In this document: piece after piece, positions 11,400 through 21,890 of the stretch | Layout: the number at the start of each line of letters is the position of its first letter | How positions within the stretch are numbered: position 1 is the stretch's first letter | DNA from: Escherichia coli | GTDB taxonomy: Bacteria > Pseudomonadota > Gammaproteobacteria > Enterobacterales > Enterobacteriaceae | NCBI RefSeq assembly: GCF_044647545.1 | Contig: NZ_CP172818.1 | Strand: one strand, 5' to 3' | DNA: 64,000 nucleotides | The notes under the pieces: generated by a model | The model's input: only the letters and a program-made list of their open reading frames with translations | Told to the model about the DNA's origin: nothing | Databases searched by the model: none | Translations under genes and position numbers: made by a program

Positions 11400-12413
11400 A
11401 TGACGTACGCAGTGGAGTTTGACAACGTCTCACGGTTGTACGGTGACGTGCGCGCAGTAGATGGCGTCAGTATTGCGATAAAAGATGGTGAGTTCTTCTC
11501 TATGCTGGGGCCGTCCGGTTCCGGCAAAACCACCTGCCTGCGCCTGATTGCTGGATTCGAACAACTTTCCGGCGGGGCTATCTCTATCTTTGGTAAACCC
11601 GCCAGCAATCTGCCACCGTGGGAGCGGGACGTGAATACTGTCTTCCAGGACTACGCGCTATTTCCGCATATGTCGATTCTTGACAACGTCGCCTACGGGC
11701 TGATGGTCAAAGGCGTGGATAAAAAACAGCGGCATGCGATGGCGCAAGAGGCGCTGGAGAAAGTGGCGCTGGGTTTTGTTCAGCAACGTAAACCGTCACA
11801 ACTTTCTGGTGGTCAGCGCCAGCGGGTTGCTATCGCCAGAGCATTGGTGAATGAACCGCGTGTGTTGTTGCTGGATGAACCGCTCGGCGCACTGGATCTC
11901 AAATTGCGTGAGCAGATGCAACTGGAACTGAAAAAGCTGCAACAGTCTCTCGGTATCACTTTTATCTTCGTTACCCACGATCAGGGCGAAGCGTTATCGA
12001 TGTCCGATCGTGTGGCGGTTTTCAATAATGGACGCATTGAGCAGGTCGATTCCCCGCGTGATCTCTATATGCGCCCGCGCACGCCGTTTGTTGCCGGGTT
12101 CGTCGGGACATCGAATGTTTTTGATGCACTGATGGCAGACAAACTTTGTGGCATGACGGGAAGCTTCGCCCTGCGACCGGAACATATCCGCTTCAACATC
12201 CCCGGCGAAGTGCAGGCTAATGGCACGATCCAGGCGGTGCAGTATCAGGGCGCGGCGACCCGTTTTGAACTGAGACTGAACGGCGGTGAAAAACTGCTGG
12301 TGAGTCAGGCCAATATGACAGGCGAAGAACTGCCCGCCACACTCACGCCCGGAAAACAGGTGATGGTTTCCTGGTCGCGTGATGTGATGGTACCGCTGGT
12401 TGAGGAGAGGTGA
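11400..12413 (+). CDS. ydcT: ABC transporter ATP-binding protein YdcT
   Basis: 337 aa; Walker A GPSGSGKTT, ABC signature LSGGQRQRVAIARAL, Walker B LLLDEP. Confidence 0.93.
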   Translation: MTYAVEFDNVSRLYGDVRAVDGVSIAIKDGEFFSMLGPSGSGKTTCLRLIAGFEQLSGGAISIFGKPASNLPPWERDVNTVFQDYALFPHMSILDNVAYGLMVKGVDKKQRHAMAQEALEKVALGFVQQRKPSQLSGGQRQRVAIARALVNEPRVLLLDEPLGALDLKLREQMQLELKKLQQSLGITFIFVTHDQGEALSMSDRVAVFNNGRIEQVDSPRDLYMRPRTPFVAGFVGTSNVFDALMADKLCGMTGSFALRPEHIRFNIPGEVQANGTIQAVQYQGAATRFELRLNGGEKLLVSQANMTGEELPATLTPGKQVMVSWSRDVMVPLVEER

Positions 12414-13355
12414 ATGGCGATGAACGTATTGCAATCACCTTCACATCCAGGTCTGGGTAAGGTGTCCGGTTTCTTCTGGCGTAATCCGGGGCTGGGGCTG
12501 TTTTTACTGCTGCTTGGCCCGCTAATGTGGTTTGGCATTGTCTATTTCGGCTCGCTGCTGACACTGTTATGGCAGGGATTTTATACCTTTGACGATTTCA
12601 CCATGTCGGTAACGCCGGAACTGACGCTGGCCAATATCCGTGCGCTGTTTAATCCGGCGAATTACGACATCATTCTCCGCACGCTGATTATGGCTGTGGC
12701 AGTCACTATCGCCAGCGCCATTCTGGCTTTTCCAATGGCGTGGTATATGGCGCGCTATACCAGCGGGAAAATGAAAGCGTTTTTTTATATCGCGGTAATG
12801 TTGCCGATGTGGGCGAGCTACATTGTGAAAGCCTATGCCTGGACGTTATTGCTTGCAAAAGATGGCGTGGCGCAGTGGTTTTTACAACATCTGGGGCTGG
12901 AACCACTGCTGACGGCGTTCCTTACATTACCTGCGGTGGGCGGCAATACGCTGTCAACTTCCGGGCTGGGGCGCTTTCTGGTGTTTCTCTATATCTGGCT
13001 GCCGTTCATGATCCTGCCCGTGCAGGCGGCGCTTGAGCGTTTGCCGCCGTCATTGTTGCAGGCGTCAGCTGATCTCGGCGCACGTCCACGACAAACCTTT
13101 CGCTATGTGGTGCTGCCGCTGGCGATCCCGGGTATTGCTGCTGGCTCTATCTTTACCTTCTCACTCACACTGGGCGATTTTATCGTCCCGCAGCTGGTTG
13201 GCCCGCCAGGATATTTTATCGGCAATATGGTTTATTCCCAGCAGGGGGCGATTGGCAATATGCCGATGGCGGCGGCATTCACCCTGGTGCCGATTGTTCT
13301 CATCGCACTGTACCTGGCGTTCGTGAAACGTCTGGGAGCGTTCGATGCACTCTGA
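12414..13355 (+). CDS. ydcU: ABC transporter permease YdcU
   Basis: 313-aa hydrophobic ORF; start adjoins ydcT stop. Confidence 0.9.
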
Positions 13356-14139
13356 ACGCGCACCGTTTTTCCTCAAACTGGCGGCCTGGGGCGGCGTGGT
13401 TTTCCTACATTTTCCCATCCTGATTATCGCCGCCTATGCGTTTAACACTGAAGATGCGGCGTTTAGTTTTCCACCGCAAGGCCTGACGCTGCGCTGGTTT
13501 AGCGTGGCAGCACAGCGTAGTGATATTCTTGATGCCGTGACACTGTCACTTAAAGTGGCAGCGCTGGCGACATTAATCGCGCTGGTGTTAGGGACGCTGG
13601 CCGCTGCCGCGCTGTGGCGACGAGACTTTTTCGGCAAAAACGCCATTTCGCTGTTACTGCTGCTGCCCATTGCGCTGCCGGGCATTGTCACTGGTCTGGC
13701 GCTATTAACCGCCTTTAAAACCATCAATCTGGAGCCGGGATTTTTCACCATCGTGGTCGGCCATGCGACTTTTTGCGTAGTGGTGGTGTTTAACAATGTC
13801 ATCGCCCGTTTTCGCCGCACCTCGTGGAGTCTGGTTGAGGCGTCAATGGATCTTGGGGCCAATGGCTGGCAAACCTTCCGCTACGTAGTGTTGCCGAATC
13901 TCAGTTCGGCGCTACTGGCAGGAGGAATGCTGGCGTTTGCCTTGTCGTTCGATGAAATCATCGTGACGACCTTTACGGCAGGTCATGAACGAACGTTACC
14001 GTTGTGGTTGCTCAATCAGCTTGGGCGACCGCGTGATGTACCGGTAACCAACGTGGTGGCACTGCTGGTTATGTTGGTAACAACCTTGCCGATCCTGGGA
14101 GCCTGGTGGCTAACCCGCGAAGGCGACAATGGTCAATAA
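13345..14139 (+). CDS. ydcV: ABC transporter permease YdcV
   Basis: 264-aa hydrophobic ORF overlapping ydcU by 11 nt. Confidence 0.9.
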
Positions 14140-14160
14140 CCACTGATACAGGAATATGCT

Positions 14161-15585
14161 ATGCAACATAAGTTACTGATTAACGGAGAACTGGTTAGCG
14201 GCGAAGGGGAAAAACAGCCTGTCTATAATCCGGCAACGGGGGACGTTTTACTAGAGATTGCCGAGGCATCCGCAGAGCAGGTGGATGCTGCTGTTCGCGC
14301 GGCAGATGCAGCATTTGCCGAATGGGGGCAAACCACGCCGAAAGCGCGTGCGGAATGCCTGCTGAAACTGGCTGATGTTATCGAAGAAAATGGTCAGGTT
14401 TTTGCCGAACTGGAGTCCCGTAACTGTGGCAAACCGCTGCATAGTGCGTTCAATGATGAAATTCCGGCGATTGTCGATGTCTTTCGCTTTTTCGCCGGAG
14501 CAGCTCGCTGCCTGAATGGTCTGGCGGCAGGTGAATATCTTGAAGGTCATACTTCGATGATCCGTCGCGATCCGTTGGGAGTCGTGGCTTCTATCGCACC
14601 GTGGAATTATCCGCTGATGATGGCAGCGTGGAAACTGGCTCCGGCGCTGGCGGCAGGGAACTGCGTAGTGCTCAAACCATCAGAAATTACCCCGCTGACC
14701 GCGTTGAAGTTGGCAGAGCTGGCGAAAGATATCTTCCCGGCAGGCGTGATTAACGTACTGTTTGGCAGAGGCAAAACGGTGGGCGATCCGCTGACCGGAC
14801 ATCCCAAAGTGCGGATGGTGTCGCTGACGGGCTCTATCGCCACTGGGGAACACATCATCAGCCATACCGCGCCGTCCATTAAGCGTACTCATATGGAACT
14901 TGGTGGCAAAGCGCCAGTGATTGTTTTTGATGATGCGGATATTGAAGCTGTGGTCGAAGGTGTACGTACTTTTGGCTATTACAATGCCGGACAGGATTGT
15001 ACTGCGGCTTGTCGGCTCTACGCGCAAAAAGGCATTTACGATACGCTGGTGGAAAAACTCGGTGCTGCGGTGGCAACGTTAAAATCGGGTTCGCCGGATG
15101 ACGAGTCTACGGAGCTTGGACCTTTAAGCTCGCTGGCGCATCTCGAACGCGTCAGCAAGGCGGTAGAAGAGGCGAAAGCGACAGGGCACATCAAAGTGAT
15201 CACTGGCGGTGAAAAGCGCAAGGGTAATGGCTATTACTATGCGCCGACGCTGCTGGCTGGCGCATTACAGGACGATGCCATCGTGCAAAAAGAGGTATTT
15301 GGTCCGGTAGTGAGTGTTACGCTCTTCGACAACGAAGAACAGGTGGTGAATTGGGCAAATGACAGCCAGTACGGACTTGCATCCTCGGTATGGACGAAAG
15401 ATGTGGGCAGGGCGCATCGCGTCAGCGCGCGGCTGCAATATGGTTGTACCTGGGTCAATACCCATTTCATGCTGGTAAGTGAAATGCCGCACGGTGGGCA
15501 GAAACTTTCTGGTTACGGCAAGGATATGTCACTTTATGGGCTGGAGGATTACACCGTCGTCCGCCACGTCATGGTTAAACATTAA
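14161..15585 (+). CDS. patD: Gamma-aminobutyraldehyde dehydrogenase PatD (YdcW/Prr)
   Basis: 474 aa; aldehyde-dehydrogenase motifs MELGGKAP and catalytic Cys region GQDCTAAC. Confidence 0.93.
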   Translation: MQHKLLINGELVSGEGEKQPVYNPATGDVLLEIAEASAEQVDAAVRAADAAFAEWGQTTPKARAECLLKLADVIEENGQVFAELESRNCGKPLHSAFNDEIPAIVDVFRFFAGAARCLNGLAAGEYLEGHTSMIRRDPLGVVASIAPWNYPLMMAAWKLAPALAAGNCVVLKPSEITPLTALKLAELAKDIFPAGVINVLFGRGKTVGDPLTGHPKVRMVSLTGSIATGEHIISHTAPSIKRTHMELGGKAPVIVFDDADIEAVVEGVRTFGYYNAGQDCTAACRLYAQKGIYDTLVEKLGAAVATLKSGSPDDESTELGPLSSLAHLERVSKAVEEAKATGHIKVITGGEKRKGNGYYYAPTLLAGALQDDAIVQKEVFGPVVSVTLFDNEEQVVNWANDSQYGLASSVWTKDVGRAHRVSARLQYGCTWVNTHFMLVSEMPHGGQKLSGYGKDMSLYGLEDYTVVRHVMVKH

Positions 15586-15632
15586 GGGTAATATTGCAGA
15601 TCGTAAGAGTATGAGATGATCTTGCGTACTGT

Positions 15633-15663
15633 CAGAGCACTGATTTCTCTGACAGTACGTGCT
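15633..15663. terminator. Intergenic hairpin between convergent patD and yncL
   Basis: Inverted repeat gtactgtcagag ... ctctgacagtac. Confidence 0.4.
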
Positions 15664-15681
15664 GCGTGCAAAATCACTACA

Positions 15682-15777
15682 TCAAATAAACCAGCCAAAT
15701 CTCATAGAGATAAGAGTAAACAAACCAACAGCAGCAAAGACATTTATCAGTACTACAGTTCTACTGGAAACATTCAT
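15682..15777 (-). CDS. yncL: Small membrane protein YncL (31 aa)
   Basis: Hand-translated minus-strand ORF MNVSSRTVVLINVFAAVGLFTLISMRFGWFI; below the track's length cut-off. Confidence 0.7.
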   Translation of the reverse strand: MNVSSRTVVLINVFAAVGLFTLISMRFGWFI

Positions 15778-15971
15778 TTTTGCCACCTTTTATCATTGCC
15801 CCTATGTGTATAGTACGGGTTAAGAAAATCCGCAATAATACTCATTCTGAAGATGGATAAGGACAAGTTGCTGTTTGATGATTTTTTCTCAAACTGGTGA
15901 AAAAATTTGATGCACGTCAAAAAATGACGCATATTTGCGCGCGTTTTATTCATCTGGCTGGACGCCCGTAC

Positions 15972-16145
15972 ATGTCTCTCTATCAACACATGCTTGTTTT
16001 TTATGCGGTTATGGCAGCAATCGCATTTCTTATCACCTGGTTTCTTTCTCACGATAAGAAACGCATCCGTTTCTTAAGCGCCTTTCTGGTGGGGGCAACA
16101 TGGCCGATGAGTTTCCCGGTGGCGCTGTTGTTTTCACTGTTTTAA
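15972..16145 (+). CDS. ortT: Orphan membrane toxin OrtT (YdcX), 57 aa
   Basis: Track ORF 15897..16145; internal start MSLYQHMLVFYAVMAAIAFLITWFLSHDKKRIRFLSAFLVGATWPMSFPVALLFSLF gives 57 aa with two TM helices. Confidence 0.8.
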   Translation: MSLYQHMLVFYAVMAAIAFLITWFLSHDKKRIRFLSAFLVGATWPMSFPVALLFSLF

Positions 16146-16230
16146 ATCTTACTCACTGGCTTGACGGCACCACGCAGACTTATATCATTTGGATGAATCG
16201 ATAAATTTCACAAGTGGCTAAGGAGAAAGT

Positions 16231-16464
16231 ATGTCGCATCTGGATGAAGTCATCGCGCGCGTGGATGCCGCGATTGAAGAGAGCGTCATTGCCCATATGA
16301 ACGAATTATTAATCGCCCTGAGCGATGACGCGGAGTTAAGTCGGGAAGATCGCTACACCCAGCAGCAGCGTTTGCGCACAGCGATCGCCCATCACGGTCG
16401 CAAGCATAAAGAAGATATGGAAGCGCGCCATGAACAGTTAACCAAAGGCGGCACCATCCTGTGA
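16231..16464 (+). CDS. ydcY: Uncharacterised protein YdcY
   Basis: 77-aa ORF. Confidence 0.8.
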   Translation: MSHLDEVIARVDAAIEESVIAHMNELLIALSDDAELSREDRYTQQQRLRTAIAHHGRKHKEDMEARHEQLTKGGTIL

Positions 16465-16914
16465 TTAAAATGAGCGTCTGGCTACCAACCAGGCGCCAAC
16501 CACAAGTAAAATTGCGCCACAAATTGGGCCGAACAACGCCCGTAGTGGTACGCCATGACTGCGAAAGATATCCAGCACCAGACCGCCAATCAGCTGGCTG
16601 GCGACCAGTACTGCAATAGTTGTCGCCGCTCCCACATTCTGATATCCGCTGATACTGGCGAAGACAAAAAACGATCCCAGCAAGCCAGGTATAAGTGTCC
16701 ACCAGCGCACGCTGGACACCAGTTCGCCAAACCCCGCCATACCTTGTTTAAACCATAAAATAGAAACAAAGAGCACAATCCCCACCAGTGAGTTCAGCAA
16801 CATGGCGATGAGAATGGTAGAGGAGGTCTGGGTGATGCGCACCATCAGCGTGTTCTGGACTACCAGACCAATTCCGGCGGCAATCAAAAAAGCAAGGGTG
16901 AGCGACTGATTCAT
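16465..16914 (-). CDS. ydcZ: Inner-membrane protein YdcZ (DUF606)
   Basis: 149-aa hydrophobic ORF; overlaps the mnaT stop by 4 nt. Confidence 0.85.
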   Translation of the reverse strand: MNQSLTLAFLIAAGIGLVVQNTLMVRITQTSSTILIAMLLNSLVGIVLFVSILWFKQGMAGFGELVSSVRWWTLIPGLLGSFFVFASISGYQNVGAATTIAVLVASQLIGGLVLDIFRSHGVPLRALFGPICGAILLVVGAWLVARRSF

Positions 16915-17429
16915 CCAATCGCGTCCGGTTCAGTGCGCTCGTCGAGTTGCAACTGCATAAATGTCAGATCCAGCCAGCGCCCAAATTTAGTGCCCACCTG
17001 CGGCATTTGTGCGGTGATGACAAATCCCAGCGACTGGTGGAGATGCAGCGAAGCCTGATTTTGCGATTCGATCCCGGCGACCATGACATGCTTCCCGCAA
17101 TCCCGCGCTTCATCAATCAATCGGCTTAACAATTTACGCCCCAGACCTTTGCCCTGATGATCGGGATGGACATAAACCGAATGTTCCACGGTATGGCGAA
17201 AACCATCGAAACTACGCCAGTCGCCAAACGAGGCATATCCCGTCACTACGCCATCTTGTTCACTTACCAGCACTGGATAACCAGCTAAAGTCCGCGCTTC
17301 AAACCAGGCAATGCGATTATCTGCATCCACCGTTTGGTCATTCCAGATAGCCGCCGTATACAACACGGCGTGGTTATAAATTTCCGCAATGGCAGCACAG
17401 TCGGCTTTGCGGGCAAAACGGATGGACAT
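16911..17429 (-). CDS. mnaT: GNAT-family L-amino acid N-acyltransferase MnaT (YncA)
   Basis: Track ORF 16911..17663; internal start MSIRFARKADCAAIAEIYN gives 172 aa; GNAT motif QGKGLGRKLL. Confidence 0.88.
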   Translation of the reverse strand: MSIRFARKADCAAIAEIYNHAVLYTAAIWNDQTVDADNRIAWFEARTLAGYPVLVSEQDGVVTGYASFGDWRSFDGFRHTVEHSVYVHPDHQGKGLGRKLLSRLIDEARDCGKHVMVAGIESQNQASLHLHQSLGFVITAQMPQVGTKFGRWLDLTFMQLQLDERTEPDAIG

Positions 17430-17609
17430 GTTTGGCCTCAATAAAATAATGATGATGACGTTATCAATACTATCGAAAACAGCCCGAAGCAACGGATTCC
17501 TCGATGAAATTATTGCGTGTTGCAGAGGGGATGTGACGGCTGCAAACAAAACCATTCCTGCGAGCCTGCTACTATTGATGGATTCATGCCAAAAGCACAG
17601 GAGAGCATT

Positions 17610-18647
17610 ATGGGGCAACAAAAGCAGCGTAACCGCCGTTGGGTTCTGGCCTCGCGTCCGCATGGCGCGCCGGTTCCGGAGAATTTCCGTCTTGAAGAAG
17701 ATGATGTCGCCACACCGGGTGAAGGACAGGTGTTACTGCGCACAGTTTATTTGTCCCTGGACCCGTATATGCGTGGACGTATGAGCGATGAGCCATCTTA
17801 TTCACCGCCTGTTGATATTGGCGGCGTTATGGTCGGCGGCACGGTGAGCCGTGTCGTGGAGTCGAATCATCCTGATTATCAGCCTGGCGACTGGGTACTG
17901 GGCTACAGTGGATGGCAGGACTATGACATATCCAGTGGTGATGAACTGGTGAAACTTGGCGATCATCCGCAAAATCCATCGTGGTCGCTGGGTGTGCTGG
18001 GGATGCCAGGCTTTACTGCTTATATGGGCCTACTGGATATCGGTCAGCCTAAAGAGGGCGAAACGCTGGTGGTTGCGGCGGCGACAGGACCAGTAGGGGC
18101 GACGGTGGGGCAAATCGGCAAACTTAAAGGTTGCAGAGTGGTGGGGGTAGCCGGTGGCGCGGAAAAATGCCGCCATGCTACCGAGGTGTTAGGCTTCGAT
18201 GTTTGCCTTGATCACCACGCGGACGATTTTGCCGAACAACTGGCGAAAGCGTGCCCAAAAGGTATTGATATCTATTATGAAAACGTGGGCGGTAAGGTAT
18301 TTGATGCAGTGCTACCATTACTTAATACATCTGCGCGCATTCCCGTTTGTGGCTTAGTGAGCAGCTATAACGATACAGAGCTACCACCCGGTCCGGATCG
18401 TTTACCCCTGTTGATGGCAACGGTGCTGAAAAAACGCATTCGCTTGCAAGGGTTTATTATTAGTCAGGATTATGGTCACCGCATCCATGAGTTTCAGCAA
18501 GAGATGGGGCAGTGGGTAAAAGAGGGAAAAATTCACTATCGTGAACAAGTTACCAACGGTTTGGAGAACGCCCCACAGACGTTTATTGGCCTGCTGAACG
18601 GCAAAAACTTCGGTAAAGTTGTTATTCGCGTCGCGGGTGATGACTAA
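17610..18647 (+). CDS. curA: NADPH-dependent curcumin/dihydrocurcumin reductase CurA (YncB)
   Basis: Track ORF 17517..18647; start at MGQQKQRNRRW (GGAGA RBS 6 nt upstream) gives 345 aa; nucleotide-binding motif AAATGPVGATVGQ. Confidence 0.9.
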   Translation: MGQQKQRNRRWVLASRPHGAPVPENFRLEEDDVATPGEGQVLLRTVYLSLDPYMRGRMSDEPSYSPPVDIGGVMVGGTVSRVVESNHPDYQPGDWVLGYSGWQDYDISSGDELVKLGDHPQNPSWSLGVLGMPGFTAYMGLLDIGQPKEGETLVVAAATGPVGATVGQIGKLKGCRVVGVAGGAEKCRHATEVLGFDVCLDHHADDFAEQLAKACPKGIDIYYENVGGKVFDAVLPLLNTSARIPVCGLVSSYNDTELPPGPDRLPLLMATVLKKRIRLQGFIISQDYGHRIHEFQQEMGQWVKEGKIHYREQVTNGLENAPQTFIGLLNGKNFGKVVIRVAGDD

Positions 18648-18655
18648 AGATACGA

Positions 18656-18676
18656 CGGCGGCGTAAAGCCGCCACA
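18656..18676 (+). terminator. Hairpin downstream of curA
   Basis: ggcggc-gtaaa-gccgcc stem-loop; weak U-tract. Confidence 0.35.
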
Positions 18677-18845
18677 AAAATCCAGGCAAAAATCTTATTT
18701 CCAGCTTTAATTAACTAACTACATCACTGTTCGACGGCTAATAACAATAAAGATGAGTGGATAATGATTATTCAGCTTCATACGCCAGGTAAACAACTTC
18801 TGCTATACCGGCAGAGTTAGAACGAATACACGTGAAGGAAATAAC

Positions 18846-19511
18846 ATGCCTGGAACGGAAAAAATACCGCATATCAGTTTGACTATGCAGGTTGAGAACG
18901 ACCTGAAACATCAGCTTAGTATTGGCGCATTAAAACCTGGCGCACGCCTGATTACTAAAAATCTGGCGGAGCAATTAGGTATGAGTATTACACCCGTGCG
19001 TGAAGCATTATTACGTCTGGTTTCGGTGAATGCGCTTTCTGTCGCACCAGCGCAAGCATTTACAGTTCCGGAAGTGGGGAAACGTCAATTAGACGAAATC
19101 AATCGGATTCGCTACGAACTGGAATTAATGGCAGTTACTCTGGCTGTTGAAAACCTCACCCCGCAAGACCTGGCGGAACTAGAGGAATTGCTCGAGAAAT
19201 TACAGCAGGCGCAAGAAAAGGGCGACATGGAACAAATCATTAATGCGAACAGGCTATTTCGCTTAGCGATTTATCATCGTTCAAATATGCCCATCCTGTG
19301 TGAAATGATTGAGCAACTGTGGATCAGGATGGGACCTGGTTTACATTATCTTTATGAAGCGATTAACCCAGCGGAATTACGTGAGCGTATAGAAAGCTAT
19401 CATGAACTACTCGCCGCGTTAAAAGTAAAAGACAAAGAGGGATGCAGTCATTGTCTTGCTGAAATTATGCAAAAAAACGTTGCTATGTTATACCAGCAAT
19501 ATAATCGTTAA
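18846..19511 (+). CDS. mcbR: GntR/FadR-family regulator McbR (YncC)
   Basis: 221-aa ORF with N-terminal winged HTH. Confidence 0.9.
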   Translation: MPGTEKIPHISLTMQVENDLKHQLSIGALKPGARLITKNLAEQLGMSITPVREALLRLVSVNALSVAPAQAFTVPEVGKRQLDEINRIRYELELMAVTLAVENLTPQDLAELEELLEKLQQAQEKGDMEQIINANRLFRLAIYHRSNMPILCEMIEQLWIRMGPGLHYLYEAINPAELRERIESYHELLAALKVKDKEGCSHCLAEIMQKNVAMLYQQYNR

Positions 19512-19517
19512 AGTAAG

Positions 19518-19537
19518 TGCCCGGCAAATACCGGGCA
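19518..19537. terminator. Hairpin between convergent mcbR and yncD
   Basis: gcccgg-caaata-ccgggc stem-loop. Confidence 0.4.
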
Positions 19538-19546
19538 TCAAGGTAA

Positions 19547-21649
19547 TCACTCAAATCGCCACGCAACATTCACGCCGATACCATAATTTCGTCCGGGCGC
19601 AGGTTCGTAATATCGCCCGTTTGACTCATTGACAATGACAGAACCAACGTATTCTTTATCGAATAAATTATCGACACGACCAAATAAATCCACGGTTAAA
19701 TTGTGGTAATTGTATTTATACCCGGTGAATAAGCCGACGAGTGTATAAGACGGCGCTTTTGCCGTATTTTCATCATCTGCCATAATATCGCCCATATAAC
19801 GCGCTTCCGTGCCTGCATACCAACCATCTTCCGGTATATAACCTATCGACGCAAAGCCCATATTACGGGCGATCCCTGGCATCCGGTTACCGTTACAATC
19901 CTGTTCATTGCAAACATTGCTGCGATAGGTCGCATCAAGCCAGGTCCAGGACGCTTTTACGCGAAAATCTCCCGCGAAACGTTGATCCCATGCCAGTTCA
20001 GCGCCTTGACGACGGGTCTTTCCGGCATTTTTGTAAGTCGTACGCCCACCGCTACTGCTATCGACAACAATTTCATCATCGGTGTCGGTCTGGAACAATG
20101 CGAGACTAAGCAGCCCATCACCAATACGCGTTTTACTGCCGATCTCAATTGTATCGTTGGTGGAGGGTTTTAACCCAAAGTTCATACCGCTTTGTCCATC
20201 AGCACGATAAGACAGCTCATTAATCGTCGGCGTTTCAAAACCTCGCCCGGCTGCCAGATAGATATTCCAGGCATCGGTCATTGCATATTTTAACGAACCG
20301 GCAGGTAGCCATTTGTGATAACTGGCATCACCGCTGTCATCGCCGTTACCCGGAGTAACGTAATGGTCGTTGGAATCAAACCACACGGAGCTGTAGCGCA
20401 CGCCAGCATCCAGCGACAGTTTTTCGCTCAGCTGCCACTGCGTCTGTAAATAGGGATCGACGTTCCACATCAGATTGCGTTCGTCGCGGCGCAACTCACC
20501 TTTTTGCCCGTATTCCGGCACGCCGCTATTCAGGCGGAAGTTATTGTAGCCCTTGCGGTTTTCACTCATGTTTTCGTAGTTCAGGCCGGTAGTGAACGTG
20601 AGCGGAACGCCCAGTTCACCACGGTGTGTCCAGCGGCTGTCTATCCCCTGATAATGGCGTTGCAGAGTAATCACGCCGCCCGCATGTGACGGGTTAAGTT
20701 GGGGAGCCATCGGGATTGACTGGTACTGGGTCGTTTCTCGCTCCCCGGCATACATCATCACACTCATCTCATCCCGCGAACTCAGGCTACGCTCATAGCG
20801 CAACCCAGCCTGAGTTTGCTTGATGGTTTTTCGCGTGTCGTACTGTTCAGCGCGTGGCGCTTGTTGCGGATTCGCCTTCCATTCTGCTTCGGTTAGCCCA
20901 CCTGGGTCATCTGCTTTGATATCCACACTATTGAAAATCAGGCTTAATTTGCTGGCGTCATCAATGCGTACGCCCAGTTTGGCATTGGCTAAATTTTTCT
21001 GTGCGCCACTATGGTCACGATAGCCGTGGGTCGTAAAACGCGTGGTTGAGACGGTGTAATCGACATCGCCAGGCTGTGTGCCGTCGCCCGTTGCGCCTGT
21101 TGCTTTCAGCCCATAGCGCCAGCTGCCAAAACTGCCGTAGTAACTACTGGCTTCAATGGTTGGTGGCTGTTGTCCGGTCTGGGTGATGACATTCATTACA
21201 CCGCCAGACGCGTTGCCATACAGAGCAGAGAAGGGGCCACGCAGCACTTCCACATTTTGCACACTGCTTAAATCGATGTTGGATGTTTGCCCTTGCCCGT
21301 CGGGCATGGTGGCGGGAATACCGTCCACATACAGGCGAATACCGCGAATTCCGTAAGTGGAGCGGGAGCCAAATCCGCGAATCGACAGCTGTAAATCTTG
21401 CGCATAGTTCTGCCGGTTTTGTACCTGCAAACCAGGCACGCCAGTCAGTGATTCAGACAAGTTAATGCGCGGTGTTGCCAGGCGCATCTCCTCGCCATCC
21501 ACCACGCTCACGGCTGCTGGGGTATCCAGTTCTGAAATCACCTGCGGCGCGGCACTGACAATCATGGTCTGTTCATCAGCGGCAAAAACAACGGGGGAAA
21601 GGACAAGCAGTGCGGGCAAAACGGTCTGTCGGACGGAAAAAATCTTCAT
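19547..21649 (-). CDS. yncD: TonB-dependent outer-membrane receptor YncD
   Basis: 700 aa; signal peptide, plug and beta-barrel, C-terminal aromatic residue (…NVAWRFE). Confidence 0.92.
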   Translation of the reverse strand: MKIFSVRQTVLPALLVLSPVVFAADEQTMIVSAAPQVISELDTPAAVSVVDGEEMRLATPRINLSESLTGVPGLQVQNRQNYAQDLQLSIRGFGSRSTYGIRGIRLYVDGIPATMPDGQGQTSNIDLSSVQNVEVLRGPFSALYGNASGGVMNVITQTGQQPPTIEASSYYGSFGSWRYGLKATGATGDGTQPGDVDYTVSTTRFTTHGYRDHSGAQKNLANAKLGVRIDDASKLSLIFNSVDIKADDPGGLTEAEWKANPQQAPRAEQYDTRKTIKQTQAGLRYERSLSSRDEMSVMMYAGERETTQYQSIPMAPQLNPSHAGGVITLQRHYQGIDSRWTHRGELGVPLTFTTGLNYENMSENRKGYNNFRLNSGVPEYGQKGELRRDERNLMWNVDPYLQTQWQLSEKLSLDAGVRYSSVWFDSNDHYVTPGNGDDSGDASYHKWLPAGSLKYAMTDAWNIYLAAGRGFETPTINELSYRADGQSGMNFGLKPSTNDTIEIGSKTRIGDGLLSLALFQTDTDDEIVVDSSSGGRTTYKNAGKTRRQGAELAWDQRFAGDFRVKASWTWLDATYRSNVCNEQDCNGNRMPGIARNMGFASIGYIPEDGWYAGTEARYMGDIMADDENTAKAPSYTLVGLFTGYKYNYHNLTVDLFGRVDNLFDKEYVGSVIVNESNGRYYEPAPGRNYGIGVNVAWRFE

Positions 21650-21781
21650 GAAAAAAGCCAGGTTAAGAATGGGAAAACGCCGTCATGGTAATAAAATTGT
21701 AAATTTATGGAAAACGAAACGGCACGATACGTTAAGTAATTGAGAAAATTGTAGTCGTAACGGCAAGAAATGCTCCACATT

Positions 21782-21804
21782 TGATAAAATAATGATTACC
21801 ATTC
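21782..21804. promoter_or_regulatory. Putative Fur box in the yncD-yncE divergent promoter region
   Basis: tgataaaataatgattaccattc matches about 13 of 15 core positions of the Fur consensus GATAATGATAATCATTATC; roughly 90 bp upstream of yncE. Confidence 0.55.
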
Positions 21805-21890
21805 CCATTTATAACAAAAGCGTAACGATGATTACGCTTAGCGAAGCATTGTGAAGCAGCAAAAATATCGGTTCATCAAAGGGAGTCGTC

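Noticed and set aside
10321-13862. Minus-strand ORFs of 142 to 213 aa antisense to ydcS, ydcT and ydcV
   Set aside because: The plus-strand genes carry signal peptide, Walker and ABC motifs and permease hydrophobicity; the antisense frames are compositional artefacts.
15616-15813. 65-aa plus-strand ORF between patD and ortT
   Set aside because: It is the opposite strand of the hand-translated 31-aa yncL membrane peptide; the product is serine/lysine-rich with no features.
17389-17784. 131-aa plus-strand ORF spanning the mnaT/curA intergenic region
   Set aside because: Overlaps the mnaT 5' end on the other strand and the curA leader; translation is Arg/Cys-rich and featureless.
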